This document shows positions 38,049-47,472 of a stretch of DNA of 64,000 bases, piece after piece. A program made the position numbers and the translations under genes. Source of the stretch: Acidobacteriota bacterium (GTDB lineage: Bacteria > Acidobacteriota > CAIWXX01). The notes below the pieces were generated by a model, which saw only the letters and a program-made list of their open reading frames with translations, did no database searches and was not told the origin of the DNA. The stretch's first letter is position 1; each line of letters begins with the position of its first letter. The stretch spans positions 13,531-77,530 of the forward strand of contig JBFMAF010000009.1 of assembly GCA_040755995.1 (NCBI GenBank). Direction: 5' to 3'.

Positions 38049-40154
38049 ATGATCAGAACGACGATCGCCATGATTCTGCTTGTGGCGGCGCTGGGGTGGC
38101 GGGCCCAGGCGGCTGCGACGGACGAGGGGGGCGCCGTGGTGCTCCAGTACACGTCGCCATCGGGACACGTCATCGGGTTCGAGGCCGGATCGATGTACGT
38201 GGCCTCGGCGGATCACGCGCTGAAGGTGGAGCTGGTGGGCGCTGATGCGGCCGTGACGCCAGTGGCCCGCGAGGCCTGTGTCGGCAGTGCCAAGCAAACG
38301 ACCCAATCCCTCGCACACGTCACTTATCCCGGAGCATGGGAAGGTGTCACGGCAAGCTACGAAAGCGACCCGGGAGCCATCCTGAAGAGCTCCTACGTCA
38401 TCGCCGCGGGATCGCGTGCGAATGCCGTGGACCAGATTCGACTGCGCTACAACCGCCCGGTGCACATCGACGAGACTGGCCGATTGGTGATCGGGTTCGA
38501 GACAGGGCAAATGGTGGAAGAAGCCCCGGTCGCGTGGCAGGAGAAGGACGGCAAGAGGACGCCGGTCGCAGCGGAGTTTCGGAAGCTGGGCGAGTCGGAG
38601 GTCGGGTTCTGTGTCGGAAGCTACGATCGCTCGCTTCCTTTGCTCATCGATCCGGCGTTGACCTGGAACACGTTTCTTGGCGGCGACGGCTCGGACTACG
38701 GATACGGAATCGCGTTGGACAGCGCGGGGAATATCTACTTGGTAGGCAAGAGCTCCATGACATGGGGCACCCCCGTGAGGGGCTTTTCCGGTTCCAGCGG
38801 CGATGCGTTCGTCGCCAAGCTTGACGTCAACGGCACCCTGATCTGGAACACGTTCCTCGGGGGCAACCTCGATGATGTTGGGAATGGTATTGCGGTGGAT
38901 GGGATCGGGAACGTCTATGTCGTCGGCCACAGCCGGGAAACTTGGGGCGCGCCCGTGCGCGCCTTCACGGCAGTATACGATGTTCTTGTCGCCAAGCTCG
39001 CCAACAACGGGGTGCTCCTGTGGAACACCTTCCTGGGGGGCAACGACTCCGATGTTGGCAATGGGATAGCGGTGGATGGCAGTGGAAGCGCCTACGTAAC
39101 CGGCGAAAGCCGCATGACGTGGGGCACTCCCTCGAATCCGTATTCGGCAGGGTCGGATGCCTTTGCCGCACAGGTCGCGGGCAACGGTGTCCTCACATGG
39201 AACACTTTCCTGGGCGGCACCGGCACCGACGCGGGGCGCGGCATCGCAACGGATGGCGTGGGTAGCTTATACCTCGTGGGCAACAGCGGGACCACATGGG
39301 GGTCACCCGTAAGACCCTATACCCAGTCCTATGACATCTTCGTCTGCAAGCTCCTCGCGGCCGACGGCTTCGCTATCTGGAACACCTTTCTCGGCGGAAC
39401 GAGTGTCGACTTCGGAGAGGATATCGCGCTGGACGGGAGCGGGAACGCGTACGTCACCGGCGTCAGCTATGCCACGTGGGGCGCTCCTGCGAGAGCCTTC
39501 ACTGCCCTCATAGACGGGACCGTCGCGAAGCTCTCCTGCGCCGACGGCGCACTTGGCTGGAATACATTCCTGGGCGGAAGCGGCAGTGATTATGGGAACA
39601 GCATCGCAGTCGATAGTGCCGGAAACGTTTACGCAACGGGCAGTAGTCCTTCATCGTGGGGTTCTCCCACGAGGCCTTACGCTGGAGGCCTTGATGCCTA
39701 TATCGCCGGGTTGGCCGTCACCGATGGATCCCTGAAGTGGAACGAATTCCTGGGGAGCGATTCGAATGACCACGGTTTCGGCGTCGCAGCCGGCGGCAGT
39801 GGTAAGAGGTATGTCGCAGGTTACAGCGCCCTCACGTGGGGGTCACCACTGGTCCCGCACGCTCTCTGGGGGGACGCGTTCGTGGCGTTGTTGACTGCGA
39901 ACGACCCGGTTGTCACCAAGATCACGTCGAAGACCAGCAGGCCGGACAGCCCCGCAACCATAAAGGGAACAGGTTTCTCAGCTGACAAGACGAAGAACGT
40001 CGTCTACTTCGGCACGAAGAAGGCCACCATCAACAACGCAACGACGACCAGGTTGAAAGTCACCATTCCACGCCGGGTCAAGAAGGGCCTGGTGGACGTG
40101 TATGTCATGGTCAACGGCCAGAAGAGCAACGTGGTGAAGTTCCAGGTGAAATAA
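38049..40154 (+). CDS. secreted SBBP-repeat beta-propeller protein with C-terminal IPT/TIG-like domain
   Basis: Signal peptide; YDRSLPLLIDP; seven WNTFLGG..D.G.GIA.D..G..YV.G repeats; C-terminal TIKGTGFS..VYFG..LKVTIP. Confidence 0.85.
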   Translation: MIRTTIAMILLVAALGWRAQAAATDEGGAVVLQYTSPSGHVIGFEAGSMYVASADHALKVELVGADAAVTPVAREACVGSAKQTTQSLAHVTYPGAWEGVTASYESDPGAILKSSYVIAAGSRANAVDQIRLRYNRPVHIDETGRLVIGFETGQMVEEAPVAWQEKDGKRTPVAAEFRKLGESEVGFCVGSYDRSLPLLIDPALTWNTFLGGDGSDYGYGIALDSAGNIYLVGKSSMTWGTPVRGFSGSSGDAFVAKLDVNGTLIWNTFLGGNLDDVGNGIAVDGIGNVYVVGHSRETWGAPVRAFTAVYDVLVAKLANNGVLLWNTFLGGNDSDVGNGIAVDGSGSAYVTGESRMTWGTPSNPYSAGSDAFAAQVAGNGVLTWNTFLGGTGTDAGRGIATDGVGSLYLVGNSGTTWGSPVRPYTQSYDIFVCKLLAADGFAIWNTFLGGTSVDFGEDIALDGSGNAYVTGVSYATWGAPARAFTALIDGTVAKLSCADGALGWNTFLGGSGSDYGNSIAVDSAGNVYATGSSPSSWGSPTRPYAGGLDAYIAGLAVTDGSLKWNEFLGSDSNDHGFGVAAGGSGKRYVAGYSALTWGSPLVPHALWGDAFVALLTANDPVVTKITSKTSRPDSPATIKGTGFSADKTKNVVYFGTKKATINNATTTRLKVTIPRRVKKGLVDVYVMVNGQKSNVVKFQVK

Positions 40155-40382
40155 CGGCGGCAGCACTGGGCGCCTGAGAGGAGTCGCGGGCGGCATTGGA
40201 AATCGCTTCGTTCACTGTTGGTGCGACGAGCGGGTGAAGGGGATCGCTGCGTTCAGCGCGACAGGCGGAGGAAAGGGGCAACGCCGGAGCGTGCCCGTTC
40301 CCGATTCCGGCCGGGTACGGGCATCAGCTTTCGGCCTGTGTAGGGGTACGGGACGGTCTGGTCGGTTGGCGATACTGCCCCG

Positions 40383-43300
40383 CTACAGTTTCCGGAAGGA
40401 CTCGATGGAGGACATCAACTTGGGGAGGCGTCCCTGGCAGGAGGTCTCCTCGGTCTTCCACTCGGTGCATTCGTTGTTCGTGGCGGTGGCACAGTAGCGG
40501 TCCTGTAGACTTGACTTGAATTCTCCTTCAAGGTGGTGGCCGAACCACTGATCCATTAAGAACTTGCCTTCTCCGGTGAAGCTCCCGGTCTCCTTCGTTG
40601 ACAGCTCGTGCTCGTTCATGCGCCAGTCTGCATCGGACGAGAATGTACCGTCGATCCGGAGCTGGTCCGCAACGAATGTGCCTTCGCCGGAAATCACGTG
40701 CCGCACCTTGCCATCTCCGATGTAGGGCTCGCTCCATTCCTTCGAGAATCGGAATCTGCCGTCGACCCCGACCTGTACCTGCAGCGTGACCGTGAATCTC
40801 AAGAAGCTCCAGTAGTGGTTCATGGCGGCGCATTCGGAACCTGCATCCGGGGTCTCCGCGGTGATGTCCAGGCTCAACTCGTAGTTGCCGACCGGCTCAC
40901 CGCCGACAGTGTCCGACGGCCTGCTCTCGAGGTAGACTGGATCGCCATTCTCATTCCTGCCGATCTCCACGGCACTGCTCACGGCCACTCTCGGTATCCC
41001 GTGCCCCGCCCAGCTCGGGATCTCTTCGGCCTTCATTTCGATGCGGCAGTTGACCCGGTCGACCGCCGGTTCCATCGCCCTGCTCTTGAGCTCGTTCACA
41101 TAGATGAAATAGCGGAACTCAGGCGCCCCCGCGCACGCGCCCTCCTGCGCGGCGGGAGGCGCTTTCCATGTCAGCACCAACTTGCCCCTGTCCACTTCCG
41201 CCGCAAGCTCCGCAGGCGGTTCCAGCGCGAACACCTTCGCCGGCTTGAAGCCGCGGACGTAGCCTGATCCAGTCTGCCCGGTGTCCACCACGTAGATGAA
41301 GGCGTCCTCGGCGAAGTCCATCTTGGTTGCGGCGTAGTCAGAGCTGAGCGGCGCCTGGTCCAGATCCCGGAGCTCCTGCACTTCCTCTTCCGATGCCTTC
41401 TCGCGGAAGAATACGCCTCTCTGGTTCCTGTCCTTCGGGAACCACTCCCGCGGAACTATCGCCGCGAGCTCGACGTTCTTCCGCTTCGGGCTCCTGAATT
41501 TCAAGAACTGGATCGACCACGACTTGATCAGGTTGTCGTCGATCTCGGTGCAGGCCGTCTGGCTGAAGTCGTAGAGCGCCGGCGTGAGACCGAACTCGGA
41601 GGTAGCATCCTTACTGTACGGGGAGTCCTGAAAAGGCCCGGATGTGTTCCCCGATTTCACATACTTGACCCAGTACGGCGCACTCTTGCCAAACTGCGCA
41701 GTTTCCTGGTCGCCCTTGAGGATCCTGGTCCTGGCGAAATCCAAGAAATACTCCCCGAGTTTCCTCTCATCGTCCCCCGCAGCCCACAAGAGCGCCTTGA
41801 AATTCGCGTTGTACCGGTTGCTTGCCCACGCACCGAGAATGTCACGCTGAAAAGAAAGGGGATCGCCTGCCTCGAGTGGAACGCGCAGCGAGCCGGCGTC
41901 GGCGGAGCACAGAGGCGAGGCGCCTCCGATTTCAAATCGCCGGTCCCTGAGGTACTCGAGAAACCAGCTCAGCGAGTAGCCGAACTTGCGCACAGGGACT
42001 TCCTGCCAGAACCATGCATCAGGTCCGCTCTTGAGGCTGTTGCGGAAGCCCAGGTACTGGGCCAACATCAGCCCATCCTGGCATGAGTACGGGCGTCCCG
42101 CGGCCGTGTAGCAAGCCTCTGCCTCTCGTTCCATCAGCAGTGCGGAGGCCTCCACGAACGGCAAATGTCCGTTCCGGTCGATCCAGACGTAGCCCGTCTG
42201 GTAGTGGTGAAAGAGCTCGTGCAGTGTCGCCGAGCTAAGCACTTCCGGCTTCAGATCCGCGGGCAGTACGAGATAGCGCCGGCCGGACCAGGGATTGTGC
42301 AGGTAGCCGTCATAACCCCGGAATGACGGTATGATGTAGACAGGCAGATTGCAGAAGGGGCGGCGGAACTTGCGCTTGTCCTCCAGGTACCGCCGCGCGA
42401 AATCGAGCGCCTTTTCGACGGCCACGGCCTGCTCGGGCATGATGAGGCTGCGCTTCAGGCGCGCCTCCTCGATGCGAAAATCCCACGCCAGATCGGGCGG
42501 CCAGCTGCCCGGGTCCGCATTCATCAGCCGATTGTTCGCCATCGTGCGGCGCCTGATGGCTTCGCGTCCCGCTTCGAAGGCCGACACGTCGTAGGGCATC
42601 AGGCCCGTACCCGGGTCAAGGCCCGGCATCTTCAGACTGTAGTAGATCTCGAGTCCCACCGGGTCGAGCTTGCTATTTCCCAGAAAGCCGATCCGCTTGA
42701 ACGGCGCATACTCCTGGAACTGGCTCGGGAACTCGTCGGGGAAGATGACCAGGCTGACCAGCGCGACCCCTGTCGCGACACCCGTGATCACGGCGCCGAT
42801 GATCGAGAAGTGCCGCGTGGTGAAAACCAGGTTGTCGCCCTCCATGGTGTACGGAAGGCTGTCCCAGGTCTTGCCGTCGAGGCTGATGACAGGCTGCACA
42901 ATCTGCCGGCCCGCGGCCCGGACCTGCGTGGTGTCGACCGCGATGCGCACATCCTCGGAGTAGAGACCCGCTTCGCTGCCAGCGTCTACTTCGAAAGCCA
43001 GGCCCAGTTCGGCCGGTTTCGCGCTCTCGCCCTCTGCGAGTGAAACTGAGAGGTTGGCAGGAGGCGGCACGCGCACCTCGTACAGGGAGATCTCGCGGTC
43101 CTCGGGCAGGCATTTCGCGGGAAACCGGACGCTGATGCCCGGAGCCTGAAGGCTGCCGCCGGCTGTCGTGGAGATCTTCCCGCTCGCGAGCTTTCTGACG
43201 CGCTCGACAGGGATCGGGGTTCCAGGTCTGATGCCGTAGTCCAGGCCCGTCAACGGCTTTTCCACAGCGGCCTCCGCGCCGCCCTGACCTTCCTGCGGCG

Positions 43301-43766
43301 ATGCGCCCCTTCCTCTGACCAGGTGAATCCCCAGCCACACCAAACCGGCTGCAGCAAGGCTCGCGAAGACGGTGCCGGCGGCGATCCATAGTGCCACCCT
43401 GCTGCCGCTGGCGCGCAGTGGTGCGGGAGGCGGCGGAGGCGGCGGCGTGGGCTCGGGCTGAGGCGCGCCGATGGCGTCATCGAAGGCGAAGATGACCCCT
43501 CCAATCTCTATCCGATCGCCGTGCTGCAGCCACGCCTTATCTATGCGGGCCCCGTTGAGCACCGTGCCGTTGGCGCTTCTCATGTCCTCCAGCCACCAGC
43601 CTTCCGTGCCGCGGTGAATAGCCGCATGGCGCCTGCTCACCTGGTTGTCGGACAGTCGCAGCGTGTTCTCAGGCGTGCGGCCAATCGCGAAGTGATCGTC
43701 CTCCAGCGGGATCACCCGATTGAGAAGCGCAGGGTCATCGGCCTGCACGACGATCAGGCTTGGCAC
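40383..43766 (-). CDS. FHA-domain membrane protein with ZU5-like/HFS region and HExxH metallopeptidase motif
   Basis: IGR..VSRRHA..SANGT FHA; poly-Pro linker; TM; TTRHFS; TLHELFHHYQ..EASA. Confidence 0.8.
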   Translation of the reverse strand: MPSLIVVQADDPALLNRVIPLEDDHFAIGRTPENTLRLSDNQVSRRHAAIHRGTEGWWLEDMRSANGTVLNGARIDKAWLQHGDRIEIGGVIFAFDDAIGAPQPEPTPPPPPPPAPLRASGSRVALWIAAGTVFASLAAAGLVWLGIHLVRGRGASPQEGQGGAEAAVEKPLTGLDYGIRPGTPIPVERVRKLASGKISTTAGGSLQAPGISVRFPAKCLPEDREISLYEVRVPPPANLSVSLAEGESAKPAELGLAFEVDAGSEAGLYSEDVRIAVDTTQVRAAGRQIVQPVISLDGKTWDSLPYTMEGDNLVFTTRHFSIIGAVITGVATGVALVSLVIFPDEFPSQFQEYAPFKRIGFLGNSKLDPVGLEIYYSLKMPGLDPGTGLMPYDVSAFEAGREAIRRRTMANNRLMNADPGSWPPDLAWDFRIEEARLKRSLIMPEQAVAVEKALDFARRYLEDKRKFRRPFCNLPVYIIPSFRGYDGYLHNPWSGRRYLVLPADLKPEVLSSATLHELFHHYQTGYVWIDRNGHLPFVEASALLMEREAEACYTAAGRPYSCQDGLMLAQYLGFRNSLKSGPDAWFWQEVPVRKFGYSLSWFLEYLRDRRFEIGGASPLCSADAGSLRVPLEAGDPLSFQRDILGAWASNRYNANFKALLWAAGDDERKLGEYFLDFARTRILKGDQETAQFGKSAPYWVKYVKSGNTSGPFQDSPYSKDATSEFGLTPALYDFSQTACTEIDDNLIKSWSIQFLKFRSPKRKNVELAAIVPREWFPKDRNQRGVFFREKASEEEVQELRDLDQAPLSSDYAATKMDFAEDAFIYVVDTGQTGSGYVRGFKPAKVFALEPPAELAAEVDRGKLVLTWKAPPAAQEGACAGAPEFRYFIYVNELKSRAMEPAVDRVNCRIEMKAEEIPSWAGHGIPRVAVSSAVEIGRNENGDPVYLESRPSDTVGGEPVGNYELSLDITAETPDAGSECAAMNHYWSFLRFTVTLQVQVGVDGRFRFSKEWSEPYIGDGKVRHVISGEGTFVADQLRIDGTFSSDADWRMNEHELSTKETGSFTGEGKFLMDQWFGHHLEGEFKSSLQDRYCATATNNECTEWKTEETSCQGRLPKLMSSIESFRKL

Positions 43767-43805
43767 TCGGCCCTCTCACTCCTCGCGCCGGCGGATCATG
43801 AAGCC

Positions 43806-43834
43806 ACTGTAGGCCGCAACCAGCGGGATGTCAA
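43806..43834 (-). promoter_or_regulatory. sigma70-like promoter of the FHA gene
   Basis: Minus strand TTGACA (43834-29), 17 nt, TACAGT (43811-06). Confidence 0.6.
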
Positions 43835-43967
43835 GGCCCGTGCGGAGCCATCTGCAGTGTGTTGGATGAGTGAAGGACTGTAAACAGCCCGTCACAGGTT
43901 GCGTCCACTCGTTCAATCTGTCGTGGACTTGCGACGCGCTGTTTAGTCGATTGGGGCCGGGACGCTT

Positions 43968-45416
43968 TCAGAACAGGCTCTGGAGGTGCCTGGAGACGAC
44001 GAGGCGTTCGAACTTGGCCACTGAGCTGCAGATGAGGCATTCGAGTGCCTCGGTCATGGGGCCGAGCGGCTCGCCCGAAAAATGGTTCAGCATGAAGAAG
44101 GTGTGTCGATCGTCCACCGCATGATCGTTGTCCCGCAGGTAGTTCCTGGGATGCTGAAGGAATTCGTCCTTCTCCTGGTCGTCGCCGGCCAGGGTCGCGA
44201 AGATCCGGCGCAGGTCTTCGTCATCGAGGAAGTCGAGGACCACCTGCTTGTCCACCATGACGAACTTCGAGGCGAAGAAGTCATACTCCTCCTGGTAGCT
44301 CGTCGAGAGCGGCGGGCCCGGCCGGATCTTGCCGGCCTCGTCCGTGGTCCGATCGATCTGATGGCGGAAGCATGATGGGACCTTGGAGAACGGATCTCCG
44401 GTCAGCCCATAGGCGTTGGCTGGGCAACCGCGACACACCTGGTAGAAGTCGCAGCGCCCGCAGGCCTCATAGGATTCGGGGCGGCGGAACTTCTTCAGCA
44501 GCTCGGATCCCAGCCAGATCTCTTCAAACGACTGCTCCGGCATCTTCCCAACCGGGATAGGCAATCGGCGGCACGCGAGCAGCGTGCCATCGCTCAGAAG
44601 TGCGAATGAGTTCCAGGCGTTGAGGCACCCCGAGATCACGGGCGTATTCTCCAGGCCCATGGGATAGTACGTCTTGTTCTCGAACTGGGTGAGCTTGAGG
44701 AGATTGGGCTTCTCACGCATGGCGATGGGATTCCCGGAGGTCCGCAGCTGGTGCTTCTCCGCGAGGTACCGCGAGAACAGCTCTCGCATGCGCTCCGGCG
44801 AGAAAGCATACTTGTCCATCGTCGCTGCGTTTCCGACGAATGAGCCTACATCAAAGCTGAACGAATTCGAGGCCGTGCTCTCGGCGACGTACCGCATGAG
44901 CGGAATGAGCTCATGGGCGTTGCCGGGGAAAAGCGTGAACATGATATTGCTCTGGATGCCATGGCGCGCCAGCCGGTCCAGGGCTTCCACCGTGCGACCG
45001 AAGCTGCCCTCGGAACGGAAGTAGTCGTGTGTGGGCTCGAGGCCGTCCAGGCTCATTTGAAAGGCTTGCACCCGGAGGTTCTCCAGAAGCTCGATGTTCT
45101 CATCCGTGAGGGTCTCCGGATTACCCATAAGCCGAAAGTGCTTCCCGCGCCTGTTCAGCTCCGTCAGAAACCTCCTCAGGTCCGGCCGCAAGAACGGATC
45201 GCCGCCGGTGATCGAGAAATTCACGATCCGCGCGCCGTACCTGTCCTCGAACGCCTCGAAGCTGTCGAGAACCCGCATCATGCCCTCGTAGGACAACGTG
45301 TTCTTGCGCTCGCTCTCGAACGTAGCTTCGTCGTACATGTAGCAGTGCTTGCAGCGGTTCTCGCAGTCGGTCGTGATGTGCCACTGCACTGAAATCGCCG
45401 GAGGATAGGACTTCAT
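43968..45416 (-). CDS. radical SAM/SPASM peptide maturase
   Basis: QWHITTDCENRCKHC (CX3CX2C), ITGGDP, SLDG..THD..R; SPASM GCLNA..ACRR..CGRCDFYQVCRGCPA..C; AGGAG RBS. Confidence 0.92.
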   Translation of the reverse strand: MKSYPPAISVQWHITTDCENRCKHCYMYDEATFESERKNTLSYEGMMRVLDSFEAFEDRYGARIVNFSITGGDPFLRPDLRRFLTELNRRGKHFRLMGNPETLTDENIELLENLRVQAFQMSLDGLEPTHDYFRSEGSFGRTVEALDRLARHGIQSNIMFTLFPGNAHELIPLMRYVAESTASNSFSFDVGSFVGNAATMDKYAFSPERMRELFSRYLAEKHQLRTSGNPIAMREKPNLLKLTQFENKTYYPMGLENTPVISGCLNAWNSFALLSDGTLLACRRLPIPVGKMPEQSFEEIWLGSELLKKFRRPESYEACGRCDFYQVCRGCPANAYGLTGDPFSKVPSCFRHQIDRTTDEAGKIRPGPPLSTSYQEEYDFFASKFVMVDKQVVLDFLDDEDLRRIFATLAGDDQEKDEFLQHPRNYLRDNDHAVDDRHTFFMLNHFSGEPLGPMTEALECLICSSVAKFERLVVSRHLQSLF

Positions 45417-45482
45417 GGCTGGTCTCCTGTCGGCCGCCGGTGTGCCGTCATTGGCCGATCATAGTGTTTGGGCCATCGCGCA

Positions 45483-47471
45483 TCAAGGCCTTTCCGCAAT
45501 CGTCCGCTGGACGACGCCCGCATCGCTGAAGCGGTCTCCGCCGCCCCTCAGCAGAACCGCGCCGCCCGGATATTCGCTTCTCTCAGGCAGCGCGGTAGCC
45601 GGCTCGCAGAGGGCCAGGGCGAGCAGACGACCGCCTACCTCGATCATGAGCTTGCGGTCCAGTAGGGAATGAGCTGCCGCTTCGACCTCGGCCCTACTAT
45701 GACCGCGCGCCACCATCTGGTTCAGAAGCCTCCTCCATCCCACCGCAGCGTCACAAGCGAGGTGGATCTCGCGCTCGACCCCCTCCAACACGAACGACGA
45801 CGCCACTGCCACCGGACGCGTGTCGCGGATCCGGACGGCCGAGTCAGTAACGGTCATGATGAGGCAAGGAGCGCTCTCAGACCAGAATGCGATCTTCCAC
45901 TGTGCCGCGGCCTTGCTGGCGGCCAGTATGCCCGGGCGCGTGAGCAGCGTCTCGAAACGGGGATCAATTGCACGTTCCTCGTCCTCAAAGAAGCACACCA
46001 GACTTGCAAGGGCGTCGGGGCTGATGGGGTAGATGTAAGAGAAGAGCTCTGCCGGCTGCAGCTTCAGACCGAACTCTTGGGGACGCCCGTGGTACTGGCT
46101 GTAGCGATCGAGCCGCACACGAGCAAACGCCCACGGCGGCTGCAGGTGGCTGAGAAGCGGGAGCATCCGCGCCATCTCCCAATACCACTCATCGGCCTCG
46201 CCGGGGAAGTCACACATGATGTACCAACCCACGTAGACTCCGTATTGCCGGCACCACTTCAGGAACTGAACATTCTGCCAGGACTTGCAGCCCTTGTTCA
46301 TGTGCGCAAGGACCTTGTCGCTCAGACTTTCGATCCCACACCAGACCCAGGTCAACCCCGCATCCCGCATCGTCCTCACCTGCTCGCGGCTCAGGTTCGA
46401 CATGATCTGGTAGTAGATGCGGTACGGCGAACGCTTGCGCGCCAGATCCGGGAACAGCGTTCGGAAATAGCGCATCTCGAGGGAGTTGTCGGCGGCCAAA
46501 AACCGGGTCACACCGTGTCGATGATAGAGCGAATCAAGATCGCGCACCACCTGAGACGCGAGCTTGCTCCGAAAACGCCTGCCGCAGCCGTTCAGACTGC
46601 AGTACACGCATCCGCTCTTCTCCCCCCACCAGCAACCGCGGGATGTCTCGATGGGCAGAGACACCGCGATCTTGTCGCGGAAGGATGACTCCTTCAGTGT
46701 CCGGAAGTAGTCGTCGTAGTCGGGCACAGGCAGATCATCGAGAGACTCCACCGTCGCGCGCGGCGCGCCATCGGCCGGCCCGCGCGGATAACCGATGCGG
46801 CGATGCACCGGCGCGAATACGCCTTCTGGAAGCATCTCCGGCGCCACCTCGGTCCCCTTCTCCCGAATGGCCCGGACGAGCGGCGTGATCAGAGCGTCTG
46901 CTTCTCCGGAAACCACATAGTCAACCCAAGGAAAGAACGAGTGTGTGCTGCGGCCCATGATGGTCTCGCAGTTGGCACCTCCCATGACCGTGACGACATC
47001 CGGGGAAAACTCGCGCACGCGCTTCAACAGCGCAATTGACGACAGGTGCTGCATGTAGGTCGTTCCGCACCCGACCATGAAAGGCTTCCGCTCCAGAATA
47101 CGCCCGGCGAGATCATCCACAAACCGGCCCGCCTTCTCACGGACCGAGAGCATTATGTCCTTCAACTCACCGGCGTCGCAGCCGCGATACATGCGGTTGC
47201 GATCGATCAGCCGCCGGATGAAACGGTCGTGGTCGGATTCGAATCCTGGGAAGACGAGGTGGGAGAATGTCCAATCACCCAGAGCGTCTTGCGGGCGCGT
47301 CCCTGTGATGAGCATGTGACGGTGCAGCCCGATCTCACGCGCGAACAAGAGATCGGCATAGACAGTCTCCACGGCCCAGCCGTCGCGGATCAACACCGCC
47401 TGAAGCAGCCCCAGCGCGACCGACGGGCGCTCGATCGGCGTATAGGGCATGTTCACAAGGCATATGTCCAT
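45483..47471 (-). CDS. B12-dependent radical SAM RiPP maturase (TIGR03975-like C-methyltransferase) 3
   Basis: LVNMPY..PSVALGLL, MGGANCE, SGEAD, ETSRGCWWGEKSGCVYC (CX7CX2C), HLQPP..RLDRYS. Confidence 0.9.
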   Translation of the reverse strand: MDICLVNMPYTPIERPSVALGLLQAVLIRDGWAVETVYADLLFAREIGLHRHMLITGTRPQDALGDWTFSHLVFPGFESDHDRFIRRLIDRNRMYRGCDAGELKDIMLSVREKAGRFVDDLAGRILERKPFMVGCGTTYMQHLSSIALLKRVREFSPDVVTVMGGANCETIMGRSTHSFFPWVDYVVSGEADALITPLVRAIREKGTEVAPEMLPEGVFAPVHRRIGYPRGPADGAPRATVESLDDLPVPDYDDYFRTLKESSFRDKIAVSLPIETSRGCWWGEKSGCVYCSLNGCGRRFRSKLASQVVRDLDSLYHRHGVTRFLAADNSLEMRYFRTLFPDLARKRSPYRIYYQIMSNLSREQVRTMRDAGLTWVWCGIESLSDKVLAHMNKGCKSWQNVQFLKWCRQYGVYVGWYIMCDFPGEADEWYWEMARMLPLLSHLQPPWAFARVRLDRYSQYHGRPQEFGLKLQPAELFSYIYPISPDALASLVCFFEDEERAIDPRFETLLTRPGILAASKAAAQWKIAFWSESAPCLIMTVTDSAVRIRDTRPVAVASSFVLEGVEREIHLACDAAVGWRRLLNQMVARGHSRAEVEAAAHSLLDRKLMIEVGGRLLALALCEPATALPERSEYPGGAVLLRGGGDRFSDAGVVQRTIAERP

Positions 47472-47472
47472 T

